Positions 8,266 to 19,800 of a stretch of 32,000 nucleotides of DNA are shown piece after piece. Numbering within the stretch: position 1 is the first letter of the stretch; each line of letters opens with the position of its first letter. The notes below the pieces were generated by a model. That model made no database searches and was not told where the DNA came from. It was given only the letters and a program-made list of their open reading frames with translations. The stretch lies in contig CAYRPF010000017.1 of NCBI GenBank assembly GCA_964426185.1, positions 14,387 to 46,386 of the forward strand. Reading direction: 5' to 3'. The DNA is from an uncultured archaeon. Its GTDB lineage: Archaea; Asgardarchaeota; Lokiarchaeia; Sigyniarchaeales; Promethearchaeaceae. Made by a program: the position numbers and the translations under genes.

Positions 8266-8460
8266 TTAGATAGCAATACTTTGCAATTTCTCAAAAATTT
8301 TTTTTGCATCCCCATTTCCAGCATCAATCAATGGCTGTAGATTTCGTAAAAATTGCTCTCTTTCAAGTTTTAAAGAATTTAAGGCATCTTCTTTCTCTTC
8401 AGGAGTTCCATTTTCATATTTATCTATTAAATCTTCAATTACACCAAGAATCATTTCCAT
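8266..8460 (-). CDS. Small hypothetical helical protein (64 aa)
   Basis: Protein-like amphipathic helices, GGAG upstream, convergent with the 8065 ORF. Confidence 0.7.
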   Translation of the reverse strand: MEMILGVIEDLIDKYENGTPEEKEDALNSLKLEREQFLRNLQPLIDAGNGDAKKIFEKLQSIAI

Positions 8461-8545
8461 TTCAAAATTTGCTCCATTATATATTGGATGCCAGAATTTT
8501 TTAGGTTTTCCCCTTTATAAGGATAAAGGTGTTTAAAAATAAAAA

Positions 8546-8929
8546 TCATAGTAGAGAATTCTTTAATAGTTCTTGAATTTTCGACATCCACTCTTTATGA
8601 TGGCGTACTGGTGTGGATTTAATCCAATCCAATAGTTCTTGGGGATTTTCCCTATCAAGTTGTGCAATTTCAAAATCAATGGGACGATCAAAATATTAAA
8701 AACGAATCCTAATAATTTGTCCCATCTCCCATATCATATAATAATTATTTCATAGAATTTTTGTAAGATTTGTCTCATAATCCAAAATAGCATAACAATT
8801 ATCTTTAGAATCTTCATCGGAGGTTGAAATAGGTTCTTCAGAGAAGAGCAGTTCAAAAGGGAAGTTTATGGCTTGTAGATTTTGCACCAGTCCAATAAAA
8901 CCATTAAAACTTTCCCTTTTATTTATCAT
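8546..8929 (-). pseudogene. Probable pseudogene: a 128-codon single frame interrupted by TGA (8750-8752) and TAA (8696-8698)
   Basis: MINKRESFNGFIGLVQNLQAINFPFELLFSEEP...TKIL*NNYYMIWEMGQIIRIRF*YFDRPIDFEIAQLDRENPQELLDWIKSTPVRHHKEWMSKIQELLKNSLL*, all in one frame. Confidence 0.5.
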
Positions 8930-9030
8930 TCCTATTTTGGTGATGGATATATTTATGATTTTGCCTCATCTCTCAGCCATCATCAAATATCTACAAAAAT
9001 TAATAGGGTAAAAAATAGAAAAGAAAATCA

Positions 9031-10569
9031 ATGAGAAATTTTCCAAGGATCTTGGAAATCAATACTTGGCCGTGGTTTCACTCTTTTCGCCGTAATCGTC
9101 AAGTTAATTCGCTGGAACATATCTCGATCACGGATTGGCAAGAACTGACGCACAATTTTGATACAATATGGTTAATGGGAATTTGGCAACGAAGTGAAAC
9201 AAGTAAAAGAATCGCCCAAACCCATCCAGGACTTTTGAGAGATTTTCAACAAGCATTACCTGATTTTCAGCCAGTGGATATTGTAGGATCCCCATATGCA
9301 ATAAAATCATATACTCTTGATCCTTTTTTTGGACCACCTTCAACCTTGGAAAAAATTAGTCAAACTTTTCATCAACTTGAAAAGAAAATTATTGTGGATT
9401 TAATTCCAAATCATATTGCAATTGATAATGACTGGCTTATTAGTCATCCAGAATTTTTTTTGCATGGTTCTCCTGCAGATTTACTACATAATCCAGAAGA
9501 TTTTTTTAAACCACCAATTGTAATTAATGAATCCGAAGATCCGCAAGAATCCGCTATTTTTGTGCATGGAAAAGATCCTTATTTTCCATCTTGGACCGAT
9601 ACTGCACAATTAAATGCGTTCTCTGCACAATACCGCCGTGAGATTATCAGCATTTTAAATGAATTAGCTCAATGGGTTGACGGTGTAAGGTGTGACATGG
9701 CAATGTTGTTGACCGACCGAATATTTAAAGAAACTTGGAAAAATTTGGCAGGCAAACCGTTAGAAAGAGAATTTTGGGTTGATGTTATTAGTGCAGTTAA
9801 AGAAAGACACCCACATTTCTTGTTTATTGCTGAAGTATATTGGGATATGGAATGGGAACTCCAACAACAAGGTTTTGACTTTTGCTATGATAAACGCTTA
9901 TATGATCGCTTGATACATGCATCCGTGGATGGAATTAGAGCCCATTTGACCGCTTCATGGGATTATCAGAGCAAATTAGTTCGATTTATTGAAAACCATG
10001 ACGAAAATAGAGCCCAGAAGACGTTTGGAGAAGAAAAATCAAAAACAGTGGCGACTCTTGCATTTACTTTACCAGGAGCATATCTCCACCATTATGGGGA
10101 ACAATTAGGGTGGAACATACGACTCCCCGTTCAACTGAGTCGATTTCCATTTGAAAAATTAAATCAAAACATAAACCAATTTTATCAAAATTTATTCAAT
10201 AAAACCTTTTTAAAATATCAATTTAAGGATGCAAAAAATGGAAAATCTCAATCTCAAAGTGAATCCATTTCATGGGCATTCAATACAGAAATACCCGAGC
10301 CCCTTATTGGTTATATGTGGTATGATCAAAAAGAATGTGAATATTTTATAGTAAATTTCAGTTCTGTTCCTCAAAATTTAACTTCACTTTCCTTGAACTT
10401 TCAAAAAAATGGAATTCAGGTTAAATTTGATACAATTTCAAAAATCAACTGGCAATCCTTAACGAATTCATCTCGCAGAAGTAGTTTTTTAATTGAGCAA
10501 GATATAACCGAAAGGGCTCTAGAATTTAACCCTTGGGAAGTTTTATTACTAAAATTCCATTATTGTTGA
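9031..10569 (+). CDS. GH13 alpha-amylase family glycoside hydrolase (cytoplasmic)
   Basis: GSPYAI, DLIPNH, catalytic DGVRCDMAML, AEVYW and FIENHDE. No obvious signal peptide. Confidence 0.92.
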   Translation: MRNFPRILEINTWPWFHSFRRNRQVNSLEHISITDWQELTHNFDTIWLMGIWQRSETSKRIAQTHPGLLRDFQQALPDFQPVDIVGSPYAIKSYTLDPFFGPPSTLEKISQTFHQLEKKIIVDLIPNHIAIDNDWLISHPEFFLHGSPADLLHNPEDFFKPPIVINESEDPQESAIFVHGKDPYFPSWTDTAQLNAFSAQYRREIISILNELAQWVDGVRCDMAMLLTDRIFKETWKNLAGKPLEREFWVDVISAVKERHPHFLFIAEVYWDMEWELQQQGFDFCYDKRLYDRLIHASVDGIRAHLTASWDYQSKLVRFIENHDENRAQKTFGEEKSKTVATLAFTLPGAYLHHYGEQLGWNIRLPVQLSRFPFEKLNQNINQFYQNLFNKTFLKYQFKDAKNGKSQSQSESISWAFNTEIPEPLIGYMWYDQKECEYFIVNFSSVPQNLTSLSLNFQKNGIQVKFDTISKINWQSLTNSSRRSSFLIEQDITERALEFNPWEVLLLKFHYC

Positions 10570-10858
10570 TAGTAATTTAACCAATTTTATTCATTTCATC
10601 AAGAATTAATATGATAATATTGATTTTTGGTTTTATTTCTTATTTTGCTTCGGCGGTCTGGCATTCTAGAAAAAAAATCCTTAAAAACCTTTAAATATTC
10701 AGCCTTCTTTGGATAAACCTATCTAAATTACCTCCAATATTGAAAAATAGGGTGATTTTTTATAGAAAATTTATCCGCTTTCATTTTTTTTTGTAAAGAA
10801 ATATATCCATAAAAATCGGGGATTGTTGGATCTTAGGGGTGATTCAATATTATAAATA

Positions 10859-13800
10859 ATGCTAGAGAAAAAAAAAAAAAAGAGAATGAAAAATTAAGTA
10901 AAGCCACCAATATTCTCTCTGGAATTGCATTTGGATTAATCTATATTTTTGCAATTCCAAGTATTTTTGGAATTCTTACTGCAGGAATTACCGCGATTTT
11001 TTCTTCTGAGGAATTTCTTGCAGGAGAATATGGTATCGGCTTCTTTATTCTGGCTATTTTATTTGCCTTGCCATTTGGATTGGGATTCTTTTATCGAACG
11101 CGTACAAAATCATCTCATTGGGAGATATATGTCAAAAATTTTTCAAAAGGCATTATCTCTGCAGTAATGGTGGCCCTAATTCCTTTAATTCTAAGTAATT
11201 TTACTTTTTACATAATTTTTCAATTATTGAATTACGATTCTTTCGAGTTTATATTCCCTTTTATAAGCATTATTCTTTTTACATTAGCAAATGGAGTGTA
11301 TTGGCTTTTCTACCAGCTTGATTTTTCAACATCAACAAATTTTCTTTCAGATTCTACAATTCAAAAACAAAATGAACCCCATGATGGTTTGGTATCAATT
11401 TACTTACAAAATAAATCAAGAAATTTAGTGCAAGAATTGTTCTTATTTTTCAGCATAAAATCTTTAATATCGGCAATAATTTTTTCGGTTTTTCATTCGA
11501 TTTTGTTGGAGATCATCATAGATCTCTCCATTTTAACTATATTTATTCTAGGATTTTCCATTTTCTATCCCAAAATGAAGGCAAAATATCAAAATGAAGA
11601 GCATCAAAAACACCATCTACCATTTATTTTTCTTGATTTCATCAAGATCACGCTACTTATCCTACCTTTTATTGGTTTAGTCCCCCAATTTAGGTATTTA
11701 AAACAATCTTTTGCTTTGATTTTACCTTTTTCTGTGTTTATGTTGATTAAAATAACTTGCGTGTTGCTTCTTAAATTTCGCGAAATTCGATTGAAGTATT
11801 TTCTTCCCATCATTGCTAAAACATTCTTGCAAGAAATAAGTATGGCTATTTCCTTGATTTCATCCATGATTATCTTCATAATTGGGATAATTTCTACTTC
11901 AGATAGAATTCTAACCTTAATTTTGCTTACTACCATTTTCTTTGAAGGCTTATGTGAATATGCAATATTTAAAATTCCCACAAAAAAAATAGATCTCCAA
12001 AACCAGTTCTTATTCTTTATTGTAAACGTTTTTCTCAGCTTTATTATAATTCCGACTAGTTGGTATTTCCAACTTTTGATATTTACGATACTCGCTCTTG
12101 TTGCAGGAAAATTTCTAAAAATGCATGATGAACGGCTGCAAAAATATCATAGACATCTTCAAACAATCATGTTTTTGATCCTTATGGTTGAGATTGGTTT
12201 ATCATTAGCTATTTTTTCAACTGCTAACGATTGGCTGATAAATTCATTTCCTTTTATCAATTATATCTTCTTTCTAAACATCTCTCTTTTAAGTATTTTT
12301 ATTCACCTCCAAAACGTGGAATATAATCGAAAACCTCCGAAAAGTTTAACTGTTTCAATCTTAGGAAGCCTTTTGATCCTGCAATTAGGATTATTTTTGC
12401 TTTTAATCGGTGGAATTCACCAAATTACATCTATATTTTTAGATTTATCCAGACAATCCTTCATATTTCAACTGATTTTTCAAAAAGAAGGTTTATTAGA
12501 TTTAACAAATACTAATAATTTCATTGGAGCAATTGGAAATTGGACGTCTCAATTCCATCTCCTTTTTCGATCAAATCTATTATTCAATGAATTATTATCA
12601 CTTTCTTTAAGCGCTATAACATGTATCTTCTTTTTCAATTTAATTGTTCAAATAAATGGTAAATTTGGTTTCTTACCAAGAAGCCTCCCACGAAAAATTC
12701 AATTCTTTGAAAATTTAGTTATAATTCAAATAATTTCACTTATTCCTTTCTTTTATTGTCCATCTTTAACGAGTTTTATAATTGGAAAATATCTCAGGAA
12801 TTTTCTGATGATTAAATTTAGCAAGCGATGGATAAATGAATTCACAAAAGAAAATGAATCCGCATTAAAAATTACCCTTATTTCGTTTTTCAAACTTGGA
12901 AATAATCTCATGCTTCTTCCGCTTACGACTTTCCTCTTAAGTGAATTTTTTGAAATGAATCTGGTTTTATCTCTCTTCATCGGTATTTTAATTGGATTTT
13001 TCGCATATAATTACTTCGAACCTATAATAAAATTACCTATACTTCAAAAAACTTGGAAAAAAGTAAAAATATTCGATATCGGACGAATATGTTACCATTT
13101 CTTGATGATTTTAGTTTTTTCAGTCTATGGAATTCTTATAATAAGAATGTTAATAATTCAGTATTTAGAACCCACTTTTGGATTTTTATTATCAATTTTA
13201 ATCTTAGGCATTACTTTAAGAATGAATTTACGATTTCTAAAAACACCCTTGGAGATCTTAAATAATAACAAAATAATTTCTGATGAGAAGTATGTACGAA
13301 CAAAATTTTCATCTTGGATCTTCTCGAATTTCATCGGTTGTGTGAATATTGGGATATTTTTGCAAATAATTCTCTTCTCTTCGATTAGAACTTATATTCT
13401 AGCCAATAAAATCTACGGAACAATCGTTTTCGAATTTTTACTGCCTATAATCCTTTATGTATTTATTTCCTTTCATTTTGGTAAACAATATAATAATTTC
13501 CTTCTTCATAAAAAATATCAGAAAAAGACCAAGGCTTTCAGCCTATTCAGCGAATTATTGTTAATTTTAGTAATTTGCCTCATCATAGAATTCTTTTTAT
13601 ACAATTATATATTTGGAATCTTCTTTTCTACAGCAGTTTTCATGAGTATCATGTATTTTCACTGCAAGAAATTTTTGATAATCTATCCAAACAAAGAAAA
13701 ACTTATTGAACAGATTAAATGTACTATAAAATTAGTCAACTCTCTGATGATATCCTTAGTAATTGCTTTCTTTATCCAAGAATTTTTACCAAGTTCGCCT

Positions 13801-16800
13801 TTTCTTTTAATTTTTATTTCTTCATTTCTGACTCTCATAATATTTGGTATCTTTCAAAGAAAACAACCTATTTTAGCAGAAAACATTGCTGCTATAGGAA
13901 AAAGTTTAATTCTTCTCATAAATGCATTAAGCACCCTCGGAATTTTCTTTTTTTCCAAATTCTGGGATTTTTCAAGTATTTCAGCCAATTATAAAATAAT
14001 ATTCATTAGTATGGCTTGTAACTACATTATTTCAGTAATAATCTATGGGATTATCCAATTTAATAAATACAACCTACTTTCAAAGCAATCTCTACCTATG
14101 ATTCTTTTAATTCCAACTCAATTAGGCTTTTTCACTCTTTATATCTTCTTACTGGGCTTCTTTGGCATGATAATTGCAGGCTTTTCATTAATTGGATTTT
14201 CATTATCTTTAGGAGCAGAAATTGCATTAAAAGGTTTTCTTCCCTCCTTATTTCTCTCTTTTATATCCAGAAATTTGAGTAAATTCAAAGTATTTAAACC
14301 ATTACAGAGATATTCCACGATATTTAAATACCAAACAGTCATTTGGTGGAATATATTTGCTTTTTCGCAAGCATTAATGTTAATATTAATCAACCCATCC
14401 AAACCATTTTTGATTCTCCTGGCAATTATCTTCTTTACATCTACAATAATCCAAACCACGAAAGATTTAGCCAAGATATATGAAAAAATCACCCATAAAG
14501 CGAAATTTATCATAGATATGTTGTTGATTATAAATATTATTTTTAGTGCATCTTTCATTTTTGTACTTTGTAGAATTAATTTCAACTTAAGTCTTATTTT
14601 AACAACATTGATTGTCAGCATTTACTCAACCATCATGTTTTCGCGTGTTAATCTATTCTCTCACTATATTTTCCCTACAGTATATCAAATTGTGAAATTA
14701 ATACTGCTAAATACTATTTTTGTTTCATTTTTTATCTTTTGCGCGCAGTTGGCGCAGATTTATTTTATAGATGAAAATTCCATAGTTGAACAAAGAATTT
14801 ATCTATATTACTCTATTTTACTTGGATTTCAATATTTTATACCTTTATTCAAACATAATATTAGAATTTTGAAAGAAATCAACATAATACCAGTTAGATT
14901 TTGGGAATCAATCCATTTTGGGCTTTTACATTTCCAATTTTATTCCATGATTTTGGCTGAACTTATGTTATTAAGTCATATTTCAGGATTTTATTCTTTT
15001 TCTCTAATGAAATCAATGATTAATCCTACTTATTGGCTTTTCTTGGTTCCTTCCACTATGATTCTTCCAGGGATTTTGCTGTATCTAAATAGTAAGAATT
15101 CTAAATTTGACCAGAAAACACAATTCCAGCACGCATTCTTGGTCGAATTTTATATGTATTTCTTGAGTATCGTTATTTCCATAGGGATAGGTAACATTCT
15201 AATTACAGAATTTAGATGGGAGCTGTTAATTGGAATCATTTCAGTTATCAAACTATACTTGGTATTCACATTAATCCGAATCAATCATATTTTATTAAAA
15301 CTTGAAAAAATATTGAACCCGGTTATCTTGGCACTGAAAAGATTGATACTTTTGGAGATTGGTGGGTTTTTAGTAACACTTTTACATTACCAATTTGCAG
15401 TAAGATGGATTACAGCCGGGTTTTTCGGATTAGTTCTTTTAAATGCGCTTGTTTTGAGTATTTCTTTCTTCAAAGATTGTATTCCTGTGAGTTTATGGAA
15501 TGAATTTTTAGGATTCATCGTTCTATGCACTGGATGGACATTATTCGCCGTTTTAATTCATTTCAGCCTTCCACTTGAAAACCAAATCTCCTATCTTCTA
15601 TTCACATCCATCCTTATTGCCCCATTGAGTTTAACTTATCTAGCACTTTTAATCATACGAAATGGTAAAATACCTACAAAAATCACTTTTCATTTGCTGC
15701 AAGTTGTGTTTTTCTTAATTATCACAGATTTGATGTTTGTTGTCTATACTGGTATTAATCAAATTATTTCGCCAGTTTTCTTCCTAATTCCTATGGTATT
15801 CATTCTCAACAGTGCAATATTTTATGATAAAAAACATCTGATGCTTTTTATGAATAGAAAATTGGAATTAATCACTTCTTCGTTAGTGTTTGTGTTTTCC
15901 TATTGTTCTCTTTCAATATTCATATCAGACTTAATTGCATTTAACTTAGAAACACAAATATTTGTGTTTTGCTTGGCGATACTACCAGGAATTTATTTGG
16001 GATTGAAATTAACTGAAAAAAATTATGCTAAATATATTGATCTATATGTTCTAACTAAAGAAAAGCAAAAAACAAAAACCTCACATGATTTTGCCCTTAT
16101 TGAAGATAGAGTAGTTGAAAAAGGAGTAACTAGAGAAGAACTTCTTGAAGAAAAGCAAGATACTGAATTAAGCAAAGAATTAGAGACAGGAAAAAAGCAA
16201 GAATTTGAACAAAAACAAGAAGTGAAATTCAATTCAAAGCAGGAATTTCAAAAAATTCCTTTAGGTTTTTCAATAATCGACTATTTGCATAGAAAATACA
16301 CCTTGTTTTTTAAAAGTTGGATGATCTTTGCTGGACTTCTTCTTTCCTATTTTTGGATTCGACTTGCATGGTTGAATCATATATCTTTAGTATTTACAAT
16401 CAGTGCCAGCTTATTGGGCTTGATTTTTGTCTCAAAATCAATCTATAAGGAAGATTTCAGATTATTAACCTTCTATTCCATAATTATTGGAAATATATTA
16501 TATTACCTCATTATTGCATACATTCAGCCGCAAAATCTAACAATAAGCTTAATCCTTTCGATAATAATTCTAGGTGTTTTTCACAGATTAACAACCTCAC
16601 TTCTCCCACAACCGAAAGAATTGCTGAATTTGGAAAATATTCTAATATTAAGTTTATACTGGAGTGCATTATCCATTTTACCTTGGAACATCAGTTTAAT
16701 TATCTTAATGATTACCAGTGTATTTCTTATCTTATCCCCGCGTAGTTATTTGAATTTGTTTTTTGTAACGGTATTTGTAGGGTCCATCATTTTCTTTTTT

Positions 16801-19800
16801 TACACTTTAATGACGTATTATGACATTTCTTGGTATCTCAGCCTCACTGGAAGTATAACAATTGGTGTGTTTGGAGAATGGATACTTTGCGGCATTTCCA
16901 TAAGATGGAGAAAGAGTTTATTGAAAACTTTATTGGGATATCTTGCTTATAGTATAAGTTTGCTCTCCTTTGGCTCTCTTTTATATGATTATTTCTACTT
17001 CATGCGCTATATTGCCCCTGTTGTGTTTGGAGTCATTCTGGGTTTGGTCTATCTTCTCCAGAAAGCAACTCAATCTCCGAGGCAAAAAATATTTTTTACA
17101 GTATTAATTTTTGCCCATACTTTCTTACTTTTTCTCTCAATTGGATATTGTTATTTATTCTATTCTTTAGCTTATCTTATTCCTTTAAGCATAACTTTGG
17201 GTATAGGATTAACTCTCTTAATGTACTTCTTCTTTTTCGAGCATTTCAATTTACCAATCAACCCAAATATGGTTAAAGCAACCTTATTCTTAGCTGGAAC
17301 AGGATTCTCATTAAATATACTTTTATTGTTAATCGAACCGACTTTAATTCAATTAGCATTAAAGATAGCCATCCCTATTGCTTTAGATTTCTATATTTTC
17401 ATATATTTTATCGGTGTAGGGTTATATCTTAAGCAATTTACAAAAGAAATTTGGAATAAAGGTGCATATGCATGGCTTTTTGTACCAATTGTTAATTTCG
17501 TATTGATTCTTGAAGCAGTCACCAATATCGATGAATACACCTTAGCAATTCAGCTTTCAAAAATCTCTCTTTCTGGATCAATCGTTCTCTCAATATTGAT
17601 AAGTTCACTATTATATTTGCCTTATCTCTTAACTAAATTGAAGAAATTCATAGATTATTTCGTATATGTATTTTGGACGGAATTGTTATTGTTAGTTTAT
17701 TGGGCTTCAGCGAATATATTTCCCATTAACTTTCTATTACAGATTCCCTTCGTAGGTTTGATTACTATCGCAGTAATTATCCCATATTATTATTTCAGGA
17801 AAAGATGGAATTTGCTCTTATATCTTTGGCCCGTTGCCTGCGCCTTAAATATAGTATTCTTTTCGTTATACTTTACTTTCGGTTTGCAATGGGAGGTTCC
17901 CCTCAATTTCTTCATCGGTGCCCTTTATTTAGTGATATATGCTAATTTTCCTCCGATAAAAGAGAAAATTCCCATATTAAAACTGGTATTTACTATTTCA
18001 AGCTATTTAATCTTATTTGGGAGCCTATTTGCATTATTATATTCATTTATCGTTATAATCTTCTACGATTGGGTGATTTCTGCATCCATCAGCCTTATCA
18101 TCATGAGTTTTGCCTTGATCCCTGGAAGATTTTTCCAAATTGACAAAAAAATCCTCAAACCAATTTTCTCGATATTTTTAGCGATTGGCACAGGGTTGGT
18201 AATTTGGAGAACTTTCAGTTTAATTCAAGCTGCAGATTTTAACCTTTTTGGTGTTTTCTTAGGTATTGCCTTTTTCTGGGCTTTGATGCTGCTTTTCCAA
18301 GTAAAAGAATACCTGTTATCTAAATTTTATCAGATCTCTTGGGGTTTTATGGCTTTATCCTTCGGTTTGGCAGCATTTGAGATATTTTTAACCGTATTTA
18401 GAGTAGGAGAATGGGCTTCAACTGGTGTTTTAATTCTAGTTGCGACTTTCATAACTTTCCCCCTATCCAAAAAGCATTTAGTACTCCCATTTAGCTTTAT
18501 TTGTATTGCTATTGCGTTAATTCTTAACCAAGCGATAATTATCATCTGGAATTTAGCTAAAGTTCAACCAGCTTTGACATTTGTCCATCTAACCTTAACT
18601 TTATTCTGGGGTTTGAGTTTTCTAGGTTATAAAATGATTCGTTTCGGTATTTTTGCAAATAAAATGAAAAATTTCCTGGTTTATTTGGATATTTGGGGGC
18701 TATTTATCATTACTACCTCAGTAAATATTGTTCTTTCGATAAATTTGATGATTCCGCTAGATTGGTATAATTTTGGTGGAATATTATGTAATTTATTATT
18801 ATTTTTCTCAGTCGCTACCGCATATGCTCTAAAATCTAACGATATCATTTTGGATTCCACTAACTTGCAGAAGATCCTTAGCATTTTTAGAAATTATCTC
18901 ATAGTTGGTCTTTATTTGATAAATTCCCTACTAATTTCTTTAAACGCTCCCGTTTTACTTCTAAATGAATCTGAAATATTAGGTATAGTCTTGTATCGAG
19001 CCAGCATATTCTTTGCAACCTTATATTTGGTAATTTTAGTCTTAGATAAATATATTATCAAGGCACTTGAGAGAAAGATCCAAAAAGAAATTCTTTGGGT
19101 TCTCGTTTTAGGATTCAGTTTGTTTATTTCTGCTTATTCGTTTATATCATGGCAAACATGGCAGCTGAGTTTGCTAATTTTTGCTTCCTTAAGCATATAT
19201 ACCCTATTCTTGGTTAGCAGGGTCCATCGATTGAAATTTCATATGAGTCTGGTCATAACCGATATTTTTCTGCTAAATGTGAGCCTATTCTGGGTTCTCT
19301 TTATTTCATTTGACATTACCAAAGTTGTTCATGAAAGAACTGGTTATTATATTTTACTGATCGGGTCGATTACTGCTTTAATTGATTATCTACTAGTTCG
19401 TATCAAAGTTATTCCCCAGAAATCGAGGGTGTATTTCGCAGTTCAATTAAATGTAATTCTAGCCGCCTTTGCATGTGAAGCATTTAGGTTACAATTTAAT
19501 CAATCTTATTCCGATATACTTGGATTGGCTAATATATTAGCAGTATTTGTTGGAACTTTGATTGTGACGAACATCAAATTAATTAAAAGAAATGAATTGG
19601 TTTTAGCTTTTTGGATGAGTTTTTCCTATGCAATTGGAATGTTAATTTTCAATTCTGCCAAAATACTGTTAAATTCTTTTGGGTTGACTTTTCATATTCC
19701 GGAAGCAATCCTCTTCTTTGTAGGAATTTTGTTTTTCATTTTCCACATCTTTTTATCATCTCTAATGAAGAATATAATTATTTTTACCACAAATGATGAT

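Noticed and set aside
8696-8752. Stop-codon reassignment or Sec readthrough in the interrupted frame
   Set aside because: Both TGA and TAA interrupt it, and all other genes in the window use the standard stops.
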